Positions 1-9,087 of a stretch of DNA of 24,000 bases are shown here, piece by piece (within the stretch, counting starts at the first letter, position 1; every line of letters begins with the position of its first letter). Under the pieces are notes generated by a model. The model saw only the letters and a program-made list of their open reading frames with translations, was not told where the DNA came from and did no database searches. The translations under genes were made by a program, and so were the position numbers. The DNA lies in assembly GCA_018714895.1 (NCBI GenBank), contig DVMQ01000018.1, positions 2,491 through 26,490 of the forward strand. The letters are read 5' to 3'. This stretch comes from Candidatus Coprovicinus avistercoris. GTDB lineage: Bacteria; Actinomycetota; Coriobacteriia; Coriobacteriales; Atopobiaceae.

Positions 1-7
1 GGCGTTA

Positions 8-1072
8 GTGAGAAGCAATGCAGAAGATCTTGCACACAGCGCTTCTCGGCTGCGTACAGTCCGGTTACCTCTCGAATGGGTCTTTGTGCTCAAGGCTTTA
101 TTACAGATGGAAGGGGTGGTATCAGAGACTCTTATTCATGCTCTTCCAACGCGATGGAGAGCGGCTCTCATAGATCACAGTGCGCCAGCCCATACGAAGG
201 AAGATAAGAATAGAAATTCCGGACACAAAGAGACAAAACCATCTGGTCTCAAACAGCGGGAGACGCAAGTGAAGGCGTCTGGTTCTGGTGGCATGCCGCT
301 TCTTCGCATCAATATGTTGGGAGGTTTTGAGATTCTCAAGGGTGATACGCCTATTCCAGAATCGGCATGGAAGCGCAAAGGTGCAAAGGTGTTGTTGGCC
401 TTACTTGCTGTGGTTGAAGGACATGCAATGACAAGGGCAGAGGCTGTGTCAGCACTATGGCCTAACTGCGATTATCTTGTTGGGAGAGACCGTCTCTATG
501 TAACGCTTGGTGCGTTAAGAAAAGCATTGGGCCAATCCTCAGCGCCAGGTGGATATATAGAGGGTTCTGATGGCAGACTTTGGCTCAACATGGCTAACGT
601 AACATGCGATATAGATGAATTTGAAAAGTCATGCGATCGTGCTCTTTCTCATGTTGAGAATGATGCCATCACTATCCAAAAATGTTTAAACGTGCGAGAG
701 CTTTACGCAGGGGATCTCGTGGCCATGGGCGATGCAACGGGCATTATGCAGGCAAGAAGAGAAGAGGAACGCAGAAGATTTGTTGATGTGATGGTGGAAG
801 GAGCAGAGGCTTCTTTGCGACAGGGTTCTCCAACCCGAGCAGAGTGGTTTGCCCGAAATGCGCATCATGCCGATAGTCTGCGTGAAGACGTGATAGAAGC
901 TGAACTAAAAGCATTATTTGCGCAGGGAAGAACCGTTGAAGCGCATCGTGAATACGAGCGCTATGCACAAGGTTTGATAGAAGTAACTGGTCTGCCACCT
1001 TCAAGCAGCATGCGACACCTTATGAAAGAAGCCGAATCAATGGTAAAACCACATCGGAAGAGGTCCGCTTAG
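8..1072 (+). CDS. SARP/BTAD-type transcriptional regulator (winged-helix DNA-binding domain plus bacterial transcriptional activator domain), possibly truncated at the 5' window edge
   Basis: From the internal ATG at 293 the protein reads MPLLRINMLGGFEILKGDTPIPESAWKRKGAKVLLALLAV..., a typical OmpR/SARP wHTH opening. A helical BTAD-like region follows (DIDEFEKSCDRAL...LYAGDL...EAHREYERYAQGL). There is no in-frame stop between nt 2 and 8, so the frame is open to the left edge. The start could lie upstream of the window, at GTG 8, or at ATG 293. Confidence 0.6.
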   Translation: MRSNAEDLAHSASRLRTVRLPLEWVFVLKALLQMEGVVSETLIHALPTRWRAALIDHSAPAHTKEDKNRNSGHKETKPSGLKQRETQVKASGSGGMPLLRINMLGGFEILKGDTPIPESAWKRKGAKVLLALLAVVEGHAMTRAEAVSALWPNCDYLVGRDRLYVTLGALRKALGQSSAPGGYIEGSDGRLWLNMANVTCDIDEFEKSCDRALSHVENDAITIQKCLNVRELYAGDLVAMGDATGIMQARREEERRRFVDVMVEGAEASLRQGSPTRAEWFARNAHHADSLREDVIEAELKALFAQGRTVEAHREYERYAQGLIEVTGLPPSSSMRHLMKEAESMVKPHRKRSA

Positions 1073-1296
1073 CAACTCAATGGAGAAACACCCGAAGCAT
1101 CCAAATCGTTCATAATGCTGAAAAGGAAAGATTAGCTTTTATGCCATAAAGGGTGCGTAAATGATGTGAGAACTGCGCAATTATCATGATGGCTTACGGT
1201 GGACTGTGCGCGCGGCGTTGCAATCGTTAGAGTAAGAGGTTGCACGGCACTGGGTCATATAGGGATACGGCCTATGGATGCGACTAGAGGATTACT

Positions 1297-4068
1297 ATGG
1301 CAGGATTTTTCTCAAGGCTTCTTTCGGTTGGTTCAGATAAGGAGCTCAGGGAATTTGAACAGATAACACAGCATGTCAATGACCTCGGCCCTACCTTTGA
1401 GGCTATGAGCGATGAGGAGCTTTCGGGTCAAACAGAGCTTTTCCGTGAGCGACTGGCTAACGGAGAGAGCTTGGATGATCTGCTGCCTGAAGCATTTGCG
1501 GCTGTGCGTGAAGCATCAGCGCGCACAACAGGCATGCGCCACTTTGACGTGCAAATTATCGGCGGTATTGCTCTTCATCGTGGCATGATCGCCGAAATGA
1601 AAACAGGCGAAGGTAAGACATTGGTTTCGACCCTCGCAGGTTATCTCAATGCCCTTGATGGCAAAGGCGTTCATATCGTTACGGTGAACGATTATCTTGC
1701 TAAGCGCGACAGTGAGTGGATGGGCCAAATCTATCGCTTTATGGGGATGAAGGTTGGTCTCATTCAGAACGGCATGAGGCCAGCAGAGAAGCGCACGGCT
1801 TATGCCGCCGACGTTACCTACGGAACAAACTCAGAGTTTGGCTTTGACTACCTGCGCGACAACATGGTGACGCGTGCTAACCTTCGTGTGCAGCGTGGCC
1901 ATCACTATGCAATAGTGGATGAGGTCGACTCCATTCTTATCGATGAGGCTCGAACCCCGCTCATTATCTCAGGTGCAGGTACAAAGTCCGCAAGCACCTA
2001 TAAAGACTTTGCTCGGGCTGTGCGCGGCTTAGTGCTTGACCGAGATTATGAGATGGATGAGGCCAAACATACCATTACGGCCACTGATGAAGGTTTGCGC
2101 AAAATCGAGCGAAATCTCGGTATTGATGACATTTATGCCGATATGTCTGGTCAGCTGGTAAACCATTTGCAGCAGGCATTAAAAGCACAATATATGTTCC
2201 ATCGCGATCAACAATATGTTGTTGTCGATGGCGAAGTAAAGATTGTTGATGAGTTTACCGGTCGTATCATGGAAGGCCGCCGTTACTCAGAAGGCTTGCA
2301 TCAGGCAATTGAGGCTAAAGAGGGCGTACTTGTACGTGAGGAAAATCAAACTTTAGCTACTATCACGCTTCAAAACTACTTCCGTCTGTATGACAAGCTT
2401 GCTGGTATGACCGGTACGGCTATGACCGAAGACGCGGAATTTAGAGAGATTTATAACTTGCCAGTTCAGGCAATTCCTCCTAATAAGCCAGTAATTCGTG
2501 AGGATCATGTCGATCTGGTCTATCGATCAATTCCTTACAAGTTTGAGGCGGTTGCAGATGATGTCGCGCGCCGTCATGCTAAAGGTCAACCTTGCCTGGT
2601 TGGTACTGTTTCGATTGAGAATTCCGAGCGACTCTCGCGAATTCTGGACAAACGCGGTATCCGTCATAGCGTGCTGAATGCAAAGTTCCATGAGCGTGAG
2701 GCAGCTATTGTCGCACAGGCGGGCCGAGAGGGAGCGGTTACTATCGCCACGAACATGGCCGGCCGTGGTACCGATATTTTGCTCGGAGGCAATCCAGACT
2801 TCTTGGCGCAGGACTTACTGCGTGCAGAGGGTATCGATCCAGAAGAGGCTACTGAAGAACAGCTCAATCAGGCACTTGAGGAAGCACGCAAGACCTGTGA
2901 AGTTGAACGTGAACATGTTATAGCCGCTGGTGGTCTTTGCGTTATTGGTACCGAACGTCATGAGAGTCGCCGTATCGATAACCAGCTGCGTGGTCGTTCG
3001 GGCCGTCAAGGAGATCCCGGCGAAACACAGTTTTATCTGTCGCTTGAAGACGATCTTATGCGTCTGTTCGGCGGCGAGCGCATGGATCATATCGCCGAAT
3101 GGATGGAACGTGCCGGAATGCCGCCTGACGAACCTATCCAATCAAAGCGTGTTTCCAAGGCAGTTGAGAGTGCGCAGCGCAAGGTTGAGGAAATCAACTT
3201 CTCAATGCGTAAGAACGTCTTGGACTACGACGACGTTATGAATAAGCAGCGTCAGGTTATCTACGAAGAGCGCAATAAGATTCTGGATGGCAAGGACTTA
3301 ACCGAGCATGTGTCGGACGTCACTTCCGATACTGTCGAGCGTGAGGTAGCCAACTTCTGCCCTGCAGAAGCTTCGCCAGAAGACTGGGATTACAAGGGCC
3401 TTGAGAAGTGGTTGCATGAACTCACTGGTCGTGAGGACATTCCAGAAATTGATGAGAATCTCGACCATGATGAGCTGGTCGATCTTGTAGATGACTTTGT
3501 ATTTAGCTGCTATGAGGATAAGGCTGCTCGTCTTGGCAATGAGATCATGGCAACACTCTCTACGCAAGTTATGCTGCGTGTTATCGATACCCGTTGGATG
3601 AGCTATCTGCAGGAGATGGATTATCTCAAGACCGGTATTGGTCTCAGAGGTTTTGGCCAGCGTGATCCGCTCGTTGAATATAAGAGCGAAGCCTACCAAG
3701 CTTTTAGCGAGCTTGTAAGCACGATGTATGAGGATTTCCTGCGTACTATCCTGCGTATCGAAATTGCTATTGCACCTGAGCAGCCTGCCGGGGATGAGGG
3801 CTTCTCTAAGGCGACGTATTCAGGTCCGGCAGATGTGGATGGTGATCAAGGTGCCTCAACGCTGCGTCGCGTCAGCGCTCCTCGAGCGAAACAAGCGGCT
3901 TCCAAAGCGGTAGAAAGTGCCGGTAAGACTCCTGCTCCTTCTGCTGGCAAGCCCCGTACCTATCGCAAGGCAGACGATCCCGACCCATATGTAGGGGTAG
4001 GACGTAACGATCCATGCCCATGTGGAAGTGGAAAGAAATTTAAGAATTGCCACGGCAGGAATAGATAG
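1297..4068 (+). CDS. secA: Preprotein translocase ATPase SecA
   Basis: 923-aa ORF with SecA hallmarks: AEMKTGEGKTLV (Walker A), IVDEVDSILIDEARTPLIISG (DEAD-like motor), GRGTDI, RIDNQLRGRSGRQGDPG. The C-terminus carries the zinc-binding tail CPCGSGKKFKNCHG. An AGAGGA Shine-Dalgarno lies upstream of ATG 1297. Confidence 0.97.
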   Translation: MAGFFSRLLSVGSDKELREFEQITQHVNDLGPTFEAMSDEELSGQTELFRERLANGESLDDLLPEAFAAVREASARTTGMRHFDVQIIGGIALHRGMIAEMKTGEGKTLVSTLAGYLNALDGKGVHIVTVNDYLAKRDSEWMGQIYRFMGMKVGLIQNGMRPAEKRTAYAADVTYGTNSEFGFDYLRDNMVTRANLRVQRGHHYAIVDEVDSILIDEARTPLIISGAGTKSASTYKDFARAVRGLVLDRDYEMDEAKHTITATDEGLRKIERNLGIDDIYADMSGQLVNHLQQALKAQYMFHRDQQYVVVDGEVKIVDEFTGRIMEGRRYSEGLHQAIEAKEGVLVREENQTLATITLQNYFRLYDKLAGMTGTAMTEDAEFREIYNLPVQAIPPNKPVIREDHVDLVYRSIPYKFEAVADDVARRHAKGQPCLVGTVSIENSERLSRILDKRGIRHSVLNAKFHEREAAIVAQAGREGAVTIATNMAGRGTDILLGGNPDFLAQDLLRAEGIDPEEATEEQLNQALEEARKTCEVEREHVIAAGGLCVIGTERHESRRIDNQLRGRSGRQGDPGETQFYLSLEDDLMRLFGGERMDHIAEWMERAGMPPDEPIQSKRVSKAVESAQRKVEEINFSMRKNVLDYDDVMNKQRQVIYEERNKILDGKDLTEHVSDVTSDTVEREVANFCPAEASPEDWDYKGLEKWLHELTGREDIPEIDENLDHDELVDLVDDFVFSCYEDKAARLGNEIMATLSTQVMLRVIDTRWMSYLQEMDYLKTGIGLRGFGQRDPLVEYKSEAYQAFSELVSTMYEDFLRTILRIEIAIAPEQPAGDEGFSKATYSGPADVDGDQGASTLRRVSAPRAKQAASKAVESAGKTPAPSAGKPRTYRKADDPDPYVGVGRNDPCPCGSGKKFKNCHGRNR

Positions 4069-4070
4069 GT

Positions 4071-5198
4071 ATGGCAGTGCAGACGATGGACGAGCGACTT
4101 CAAGCTTTACGAGGTCGCCTGCAGGAAGTTTCTAGCTATCTTCATATTGAAGAAAACCGCTCACAAGTGGCTGAACTGGAATCTCAGAGCGCGCAGGCTG
4201 ATTTTTGGAATGATGCGGAAGCCGCTCGTGCCACTATGGAGCGACTTGCACAGATGCGATCCTGCGTACGCGATGTTGATGAGGCTGCTGCTACGCTTGA
4301 GGACGCAGAAGCAGCCCTTCAATTAAGTGAAGAGATGGCAGACGATGAGCTTCTCGCAGAGGCAGAGAGTCTGGCTGATCGCTTAGACCACGATTTATCA
4401 GAACTTGAGGTGGCAAGCTGGTTTACCGATGAGCTCGATCATGGCGATGCGATTGTCACAGTTACACCAGGTCAAGGTGGTCTTGAGGCACAAGACTGGT
4501 GTGACATGCTCTTCCATATGTATTTGCGCTACTGCGAACGTCGTGGTTGGAACGTAACGGTTAACGATGCTCCTCCTGCGGAGGTTATCGGTATTGATCG
4601 CGCTACGTTTACGGTATCAGGCATTAATGCCTACGGCATGCTGCGCTCTGAGCATGGTGTACATCGCCTGGTGCGTATTTCTCCAACAGATGAGAAAAAG
4701 CGTCGCCAGACCACCTTTGCGGGTGTAGAGGTGCTTCCGCTCCTTCCTGACGATGTTGAAGTAGATATCGATCCCAATGATCTGCGCATCGATGTGTATC
4801 ATGCCTCTGGTCATGGCGGGCAAGGTGTTAATACTACCGACTCCGCTGTGCGCATTACACACCTGCCGACCGGTACGGTGGTTACTTGCCAAAACGAGCG
4901 CAGTCAGTTGCAAAATAAAGCCTATGCAATGAAAATTCTACGCAGCCGTTTGTATGAGATGGAGCTCGAACGGCGTGCAGCAGAAATAGATGAACTTCGT
5001 GGACCCAAGCACGACATTGGTTTTGGCAATCAAATACGAAGCTACGTCTTATACCCTTATCAAATGGTTAAAGATCTGCGCACTGGTGTCGAGACAAGCG
5101 ATGTTGATGGCGTGATTGAAGACGGTGATCTCGATCAGTTTGTTATCGCATATCATCGTTGGGCAGTTGGGAGCCGCGCATCTGATAACTCCCAGTAA
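4071..5198 (+). CDS. prfB: Peptide chain release factor 2
   Basis: 375-aa ORF carrying the SPT tripeptide (RISPTDEKKRRQTTFA, RF2-specific stop recognition) and the GGQ motif (SGHGGQGVNTTDSAVRITHLPTG). It starts 2 nt after the secA stop (TAG 4066-4068). The gene is read in a single frame. Confidence 0.95.
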   Translation: MAVQTMDERLQALRGRLQEVSSYLHIEENRSQVAELESQSAQADFWNDAEAARATMERLAQMRSCVRDVDEAAATLEDAEAALQLSEEMADDELLAEAESLADRLDHDLSELEVASWFTDELDHGDAIVTVTPGQGGLEAQDWCDMLFHMYLRYCERRGWNVTVNDAPPAEVIGIDRATFTVSGINAYGMLRSEHGVHRLVRISPTDEKKRRQTTFAGVEVLPLLPDDVEVDIDPNDLRIDVYHASGHGGQGVNTTDSAVRITHLPTGTVVTCQNERSQLQNKAYAMKILRSRLYEMELERRAAEIDELRGPKHDIGFGNQIRSYVLYPYQMVKDLRTGVETSDVDGVIEDGDLDQFVIAYHRWAVGSRASDNSQ

Positions 5199-5236
5199 GA
5201 GGTTCCGAGACTTTGTAGTTGCGAGAGGCGGGTGCC

Positions 5237-6112
5237 GTGAAAGCTCATTCCATTGGTGTAACGGAGATTCGCGACGCAATATTAATTGCAATTGGATCTA
5301 TGCTTTTTGCAGTTGGTGTTGACTGCTTTCAGGTACCCAATGGGCTTGCTGCCGGCGGAATAACAGGCCTTGCCACCATCATTCATGCGGTTGGTCTGCG
5401 CATGGGAATTATCATCCCAATCGGCTTACAAGGTCTTGTTGCCAATGCGCTTCTGCTTATTCCAGTGATAAAAACAGGGAGTCGACGCTACCTCGCATAT
5501 ACCCTCGCAGGAATTTTCTTCTCTAATGTTTTTGTCGATGCTCTCGCTCCAGTTCTACCGGTATTCACAGGCGATGACATGTTGCTCTATGCCATTTGGG
5601 GCGGTGTAATCACAGGTGTTGGATTGGGCATGGTTTTTCGCACCGGTGGCAATACGGGCGGAACGGATATCGTGGCCCAACTTATGGCGCGTGGTGGTGC
5701 TATAAGCGTGGGCATGGCAGCAGCGGTTGTGGATGGCGCTGTCATTGCTCTTTCGATTCCCGTGTTCTCAATCTCTAATGCTTTGTATGCCATGATCTGC
5801 ATGTTTGTGAGCTCTAAAGTATTGGATGCGGTGGTGGATGGCCCGAGCACCGAGCGCATGGCATATGTTATTTCAAGCCGTCACGAACGTATAGCTGAGC
5901 TAGTTATGTATGAGATGGGACGTGGTTGCACGGAGCTTCAAGCACGTGGTGTTTGGTCGGGTAACAGTCGTCCTGTTCTCCTTGTTGTTCTCACACGTTC
6001 GGAACTTGGTCAACTTAAAGATATTGCAGGTAGAGTGGATCCAGATGCGCTGGTTGTGATTTCAGAGGTCCATGAAGCATTTGGTCAGGGCTTTGGTAAG
6101 TTAGGCGAATAG
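5237..6112 (+). CDS. YitT-family integral membrane protein (multi-pass N-terminal domain plus DUF2179-like C-terminal domain)
   Basis: Hydrophobic N-terminal two thirds with GG(I/N)TG repeats (AAGGITGLATIIH; GGNTGGTDIVAQL). The soluble C-terminal domain reads ERMAYVISSRHERIAELVM...VLLVVLTRSELGQLKDI...ALVVISEVHEAFG. I prefer GTG 5237 (GAGAGG 8 nt upstream) over the ORF-track TTG 5219, whose nearest SD-like AAGAGG is 16 nt away. Confidence 0.8.
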   Translation: MKAHSIGVTEIRDAILIAIGSMLFAVGVDCFQVPNGLAAGGITGLATIIHAVGLRMGIIIPIGLQGLVANALLLIPVIKTGSRRYLAYTLAGIFFSNVFVDALAPVLPVFTGDDMLLYAIWGGVITGVGLGMVFRTGGNTGGTDIVAQLMARGGAISVGMAAAVVDGAVIALSIPVFSISNALYAMICMFVSSKVLDAVVDGPSTERMAYVISSRHERIAELVMYEMGRGCTELQARGVWSGNSRPVLLVVLTRSELGQLKDIAGRVDPDALVVISEVHEAFGQGFGKLGE

Positions 6113-6164
6113 TGAAGTTGTTTGCCGTTTATTGAGTTTGCGTGCAACCTCTAAAAATTTCTAT

Positions 6165-6193
6165 TTGATTTCAGCGTATAGTTAACATATAGA
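6165..6193 (+). promoter_or_regulatory. Candidate sigma-70-type promoter for tal (TTGATT-N17-TATAGA)
   Basis: TTGATT at 6165-6170, a 17-nt spacer, then TATAGA at 6188-6193. This lies about 50 nt upstream of ATG 6244. Pattern match only. Confidence 0.35.
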
Positions 6194-6243
6194 TACCAGT
6201 AGGTACTTTTGTTTGCGTAAACAAAACGACAAAGGGGAGTGGC

Positions 6244-6927
6244 ATGAAGTTCTTCATCGATACCGCAGACCTTGATGAGATCAAGGAGGCGGCGAGCTGG
6301 GGTATTCTCTCTGGCGTTACAACCAACCCGACTCTGTATTCCAAGACGGGTGGCAACCTTGCTGATTTTGAGCCGCACATGGTCAAAATCTGTGAGATTT
6401 GCGAAGGGCTGCCTGTTTCTGCCGAGTCAACGGCTGAGACCACAGAGGACATGATTGCAGAAGGTCGTCGTCTGGCTGCTCTTGCTCCCAATATCGTGGT
6501 AAAGCTTCCTATTTGCGAGGCTTCTCTTCCTGCAACACACACGCTTGCTGCAGAGGGCATTCGCGTTAACATGACGCTCGTATTCTCCGCTCCTCAGGCA
6601 CTCCTTGCCGCTCGTGCAGGTGCTCGTTACATCTCCCCGTTTGTTGGTCGTTTTGATGACATCGGAGATGACGGCATTGCTCAGCTTCAAACAGTTGTTG
6701 AGTGCGTAAAGAACTACGACTATGGCTACTGGGAGCAGGAGGGCGGCCCGGAGATTATCACTGCTTCTGTCCGCACGCCTAACCATGTAACCCAGGCTGC
6801 ACTCATGGGCGCTGACATTGCAACCGTGCCGTTTGCTGCCCTTAAGAAGTGTGTACACCACCCTCTGACCGACAAGGGCCTCGAGGGATTTGCTGCCGAC
6901 TGGGCAAAGGTTACCGGCGCTAAGTAA
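6244..6927 (+). CDS. tal: Small (type 3B) transaldolase of the Tal/FSA family
   Basis: MKFFIDTADLDEIKEAASWGILSGVTTNPTL with the Schiff-base Lys in NIVVKLP. It aligns along its length with my recollection of B. subtilis Tal. The VSAES glutamate and the Phe in NMTLVF match the transaldolase state (Glu/Phe) rather than the fructose-6-P aldolase state (Gln/Tyr). SD AAAGGGGAG precedes the ATG. Confidence 0.88.
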   Translation: MKFFIDTADLDEIKEAASWGILSGVTTNPTLYSKTGGNLADFEPHMVKICEICEGLPVSAESTAETTEDMIAEGRRLAALAPNIVVKLPICEASLPATHTLAAEGIRVNMTLVFSAPQALLAARAGARYISPFVGRFDDIGDDGIAQLQTVVECVKNYDYGYWEQEGGPEIITASVRTPNHVTQAALMGADIATVPFAALKKCVHHPLTDKGLEGFAADWAKVTGAK

Positions 6928-6978
6928 TAGTCGTCCTGTGAACTTGGGCACGAGTTGTCCTGTGTAAGAAGAAATGTG

Positions 6979-7016
6979 AACGCCTCTTCGTATTTTTGCG
7001 GAGAGGCGTTGTTTTA
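6979..7016 (+). terminator. Intrinsic terminator after tal
   Basis: Arm AACGCCTCTTC (6979-6989) pairs with GGAGAGGCGTT (7000-7010), including one G-U. The loop is 10 nt and GTTTTA follows. Confidence 0.6.
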
Positions 7017-7054
7017 GCGAAGGATGATCTTGCGCTGAGCAGAGCAACTATGCT

Positions 7055-7084
7055 TTGCTAGAATCCATATTGTATCCGTACTAT
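7055..7084 (+). promoter_or_regulatory. Candidate promoter for ftsEX (TTGCTA-N18-TACTAT)
   Basis: TTGCTA at 7055-7060 and TACTAT at 7079-7084. This coincides with the ORF-track TTG start, which argues that TTG is not the real start codon. Pattern match only. Confidence 0.3.
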
Positions 7085-7105
7085 AAACGCAACAAAGGAG
7101 CTCTT

Positions 7106-8101
7106 GTGGCAAATCATTTCGCCAACGATGAGCAACGGGGGGAATGGGCCAATATTCCGGATCCGGCAGAGCCAGCAGCGCAGCCTGACAATATGGCTCC
7201 GATCCAAAATATTCCAGATCCTGCTGCCATCGAGCAGTCGGTTCCCGATCCCTTCGTTTATGACGAGCAAACCGCTCTTGATGCTCAGTACGAGCAGGTC
7301 GAATCAGAATCTGAAGAAATCGTTGAGAGTGAAGAGGGCTTTACAAGCGTATTTTCACCTCTCCAGGACGCTGCTTCAGCTGAGCTCCCCCGCTCATCAA
7401 ATCCGGTTATTTCACTCAGAAATGTAACGAAAATCTATCCCGCACAGCCCAATAAGCCTGCTCTTGAGGATGTAACCCTGGATATTTATCCGGGTGAATT
7501 TGTCTTCCTCGTTGGGCATTCAGGCTCCGGAAAATCTACCTTCCTTCGCCTGCTTACACGCGAGCTTAAGGCTACTCATGGCCAAGTTATCGTTGCAGGC
7601 CAGGACCTTACGAATATGCGCAATCGTAAGGTGCCGTTCTTGAGGCGCCAGATTGGCTGCGTGTTCCAGGACTTCAAATTGCTTCCCGATAAGACCACCT
7701 ACGAAAATGTATCGTTTGCTCTCGAATGCATTGGCAAACCGCGTTCGGTTATTCGTGCTCAGGTTCCTGAGGTGCTTCGTTTGGTCGGTTTAGGCGAGAA
7801 GATGGATAACTATCCCGATCAGCTCTCAGGTGGCGAGCAGCAGCGTGTATCTGTTGCCCGCGCTATGGTCAATCGTCCGCCACTGCTTGTTTGCGACGAG
7901 CCGACCGGAAACCTTGACCCGGCAATTTCGCTCGGCATCATGAAGCTGCTCGAGCGTATTAATCGTGCGGGCACCACAGTTCTTATGGCCACGCATGATC
8001 GTGAAATGGTTGACTCTATGCGCAAGCGCGTTATTGCTCTTGAGGCTGGTCATGTAGTGCGCGATCAGGAGAGGGGAGGTTACGGCTACTATGGCATCTA
8101 A
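7106..8101 (+). CDS. ftsE: Cell-division ABC transporter ATP-binding protein FtsE, with a roughly 95-aa acidic, proline-rich N-terminal extension
   Basis: The conserved FtsE core runs from ISLRNVTKIYP. It has Walker A GHSGSGKST, signature LSGGEQQRVSVARA and Walker B LLVCDEPTGNLD. I call the start at GTG 7106 because AAAGGAG (7094-7100) sits 5 nt upstream. The gene overlaps ftsX by 11 nt. Confidence 0.9.
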   Translation: MANHFANDEQRGEWANIPDPAEPAAQPDNMAPIQNIPDPAAIEQSVPDPFVYDEQTALDAQYEQVESESEEIVESEEGFTSVFSPLQDAASAELPRSSNPVISLRNVTKIYPAQPNKPALEDVTLDIYPGEFVFLVGHSGSGKSTFLRLLTRELKATHGQVIVAGQDLTNMRNRKVPFLRRQIGCVFQDFKLLPDKTTYENVSFALECIGKPRSVIRAQVPEVLRLVGLGEKMDNYPDQLSGGEQQRVSVARAMVNRPPLLVCDEPTGNLDPAISLGIMKLLERINRAGTTVLMATHDREMVDSMRKRVIALEAGHVVRDQERGGYGYYGI

Positions 8102-9011
8102 TCTGGGTTATTCACTGCGTGAAGCAGGCCATCACTTTCGGAGGAATCTCTCTACGGCCTTAGGTGCTGTAGTTACCATTTTCCTTTCACTCTTTATTAT
8201 CGGTTTGTTTGCTATTGGTTCGATCATGCTTAACAACATGGTTGGAAGTGTGGAGGATCAAGTAACTATTCAGGCATTTCTTTCCGATGATGCCGATCAG
8301 AGTGCGGTAGAGGCTCTTCAGGATAAGATTTCTGGATGGGACAACGTTCAGTCGGTTACCTATAAGAGCAAGGATGAGGCTCTTCAGGAGTATCGCGAGA
8401 CGATGTCAAACCGCAATGCTGAGGCTGCTGTTGCGGCACTTGATGGCGTCAATCCTGTGCCCGCATCTCTCGTTATTCAGCTCGACGACTCCCGTGAAGT
8501 GGCTGCTGTCGCCGATAAACTGATCGCTGATTCAGACTTCCAGGCAGTTGCTGACGATGAAGATGCGTCTGCTTCAGTCCTCTACGGACAAGGTACTGTT
8601 GAGCGTCTCTTTAGTGTGACAGCCTATATCCGTATTGTCGCAATCGTGCTGGTAGCCCTCTTGGTCTTTGTGGCATTTGTCTTTATCAACAACACCATTC
8701 GTTTGGCCATTACGGCTCGTCGCCGTGAGATTGCTATCGAACGTTTGGTAGGTGCATCAAATAGCTTCATTCGCGGGCCCTTCCTTACCGAAGGTGTTCT
8801 TGAAGCTTTGTTTGGCGCACTGCTCTCCATTGGTGCTTTGCAGCTGCTTTGCTCGTTCGTGCTGCCGAGATTTGAAGAGAGCCTCTCGTTCCTTACCCTT
8901 ACGGTTGATACAAGCTCGCTCTTGCACATCTATGCGGCGCTTATTTTGGCAGGCGTTGTCATTGGTGCCTTCGGTTCATTCATTGCAATGAGGCGCTACC
9001 TCAAGGTTTAA
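8091..9011 (+). CDS. ftsX: Cell-division permease-like protein FtsX
   Basis: 306 aa with FtsX topology: an N-terminal TM helix, an extracellular domain (VTIQAFLSDDADQSAVEALQDKISGWDNVQSVTYKSKDEALQEY), then three C-terminal TM helices containing REIAIERLVGASNSFIRGPFLTEG. ATG 8091 overlaps the ftsE stop at 8099-8101. Confidence 0.9.
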   Translation: MASNLGYSLREAGHHFRRNLSTALGAVVTIFLSLFIIGLFAIGSIMLNNMVGSVEDQVTIQAFLSDDADQSAVEALQDKISGWDNVQSVTYKSKDEALQEYRETMSNRNAEAAVAALDGVNPVPASLVIQLDDSREVAAVADKLIADSDFQAVADDEDASASVLYGQGTVERLFSVTAYIRIVAIVLVALLVFVAFVFINNTIRLAITARRREIAIERLVGASNSFIRGPFLTEGVLEALFGALLSIGALQLLCSFVLPRFEESLSFLTLTVDTSSLLHIYAALILAGVVIGAFGSFIAMRRYLKV

Positions 9012-9036
9012 TACCTTGTACAGGATTTGAGTTTCT

Positions 9037-9075
9037 GAGGCGGTGCAGCCATAAGGCGCGCCGCCTCTTATCTTT
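9037..9075 (+). terminator. Intrinsic terminator after ftsX
   Basis: GAGGCGGTGC (9037-9046) pairs with GCGCCGCCTC (9058-9067), including one G-U. The loop is 11 nt and TTATCTTT follows. Confidence 0.55.
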
Positions 9076-9087
9076 GGAGGACCTCGC

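Noticed and set aside
4071-4200. Programmed +1 frameshift site in prfB (SD-like element followed by CTT TGA C)
   Set aside because: The whole RF2 sequence, including the N-terminal region, reads in one uninterrupted 375-codon frame from ATG 4071. I see no in-frame TGA or CTTTGAC motif in the early codons. This prfB appears not to be frameshift-regulated.
6427-7047. 206-aa minus-strand ORF antisense to tal
   Set aside because: The plus-strand transaldolase call is unambiguous, and this ORF also spans the tal terminator. Spurious.
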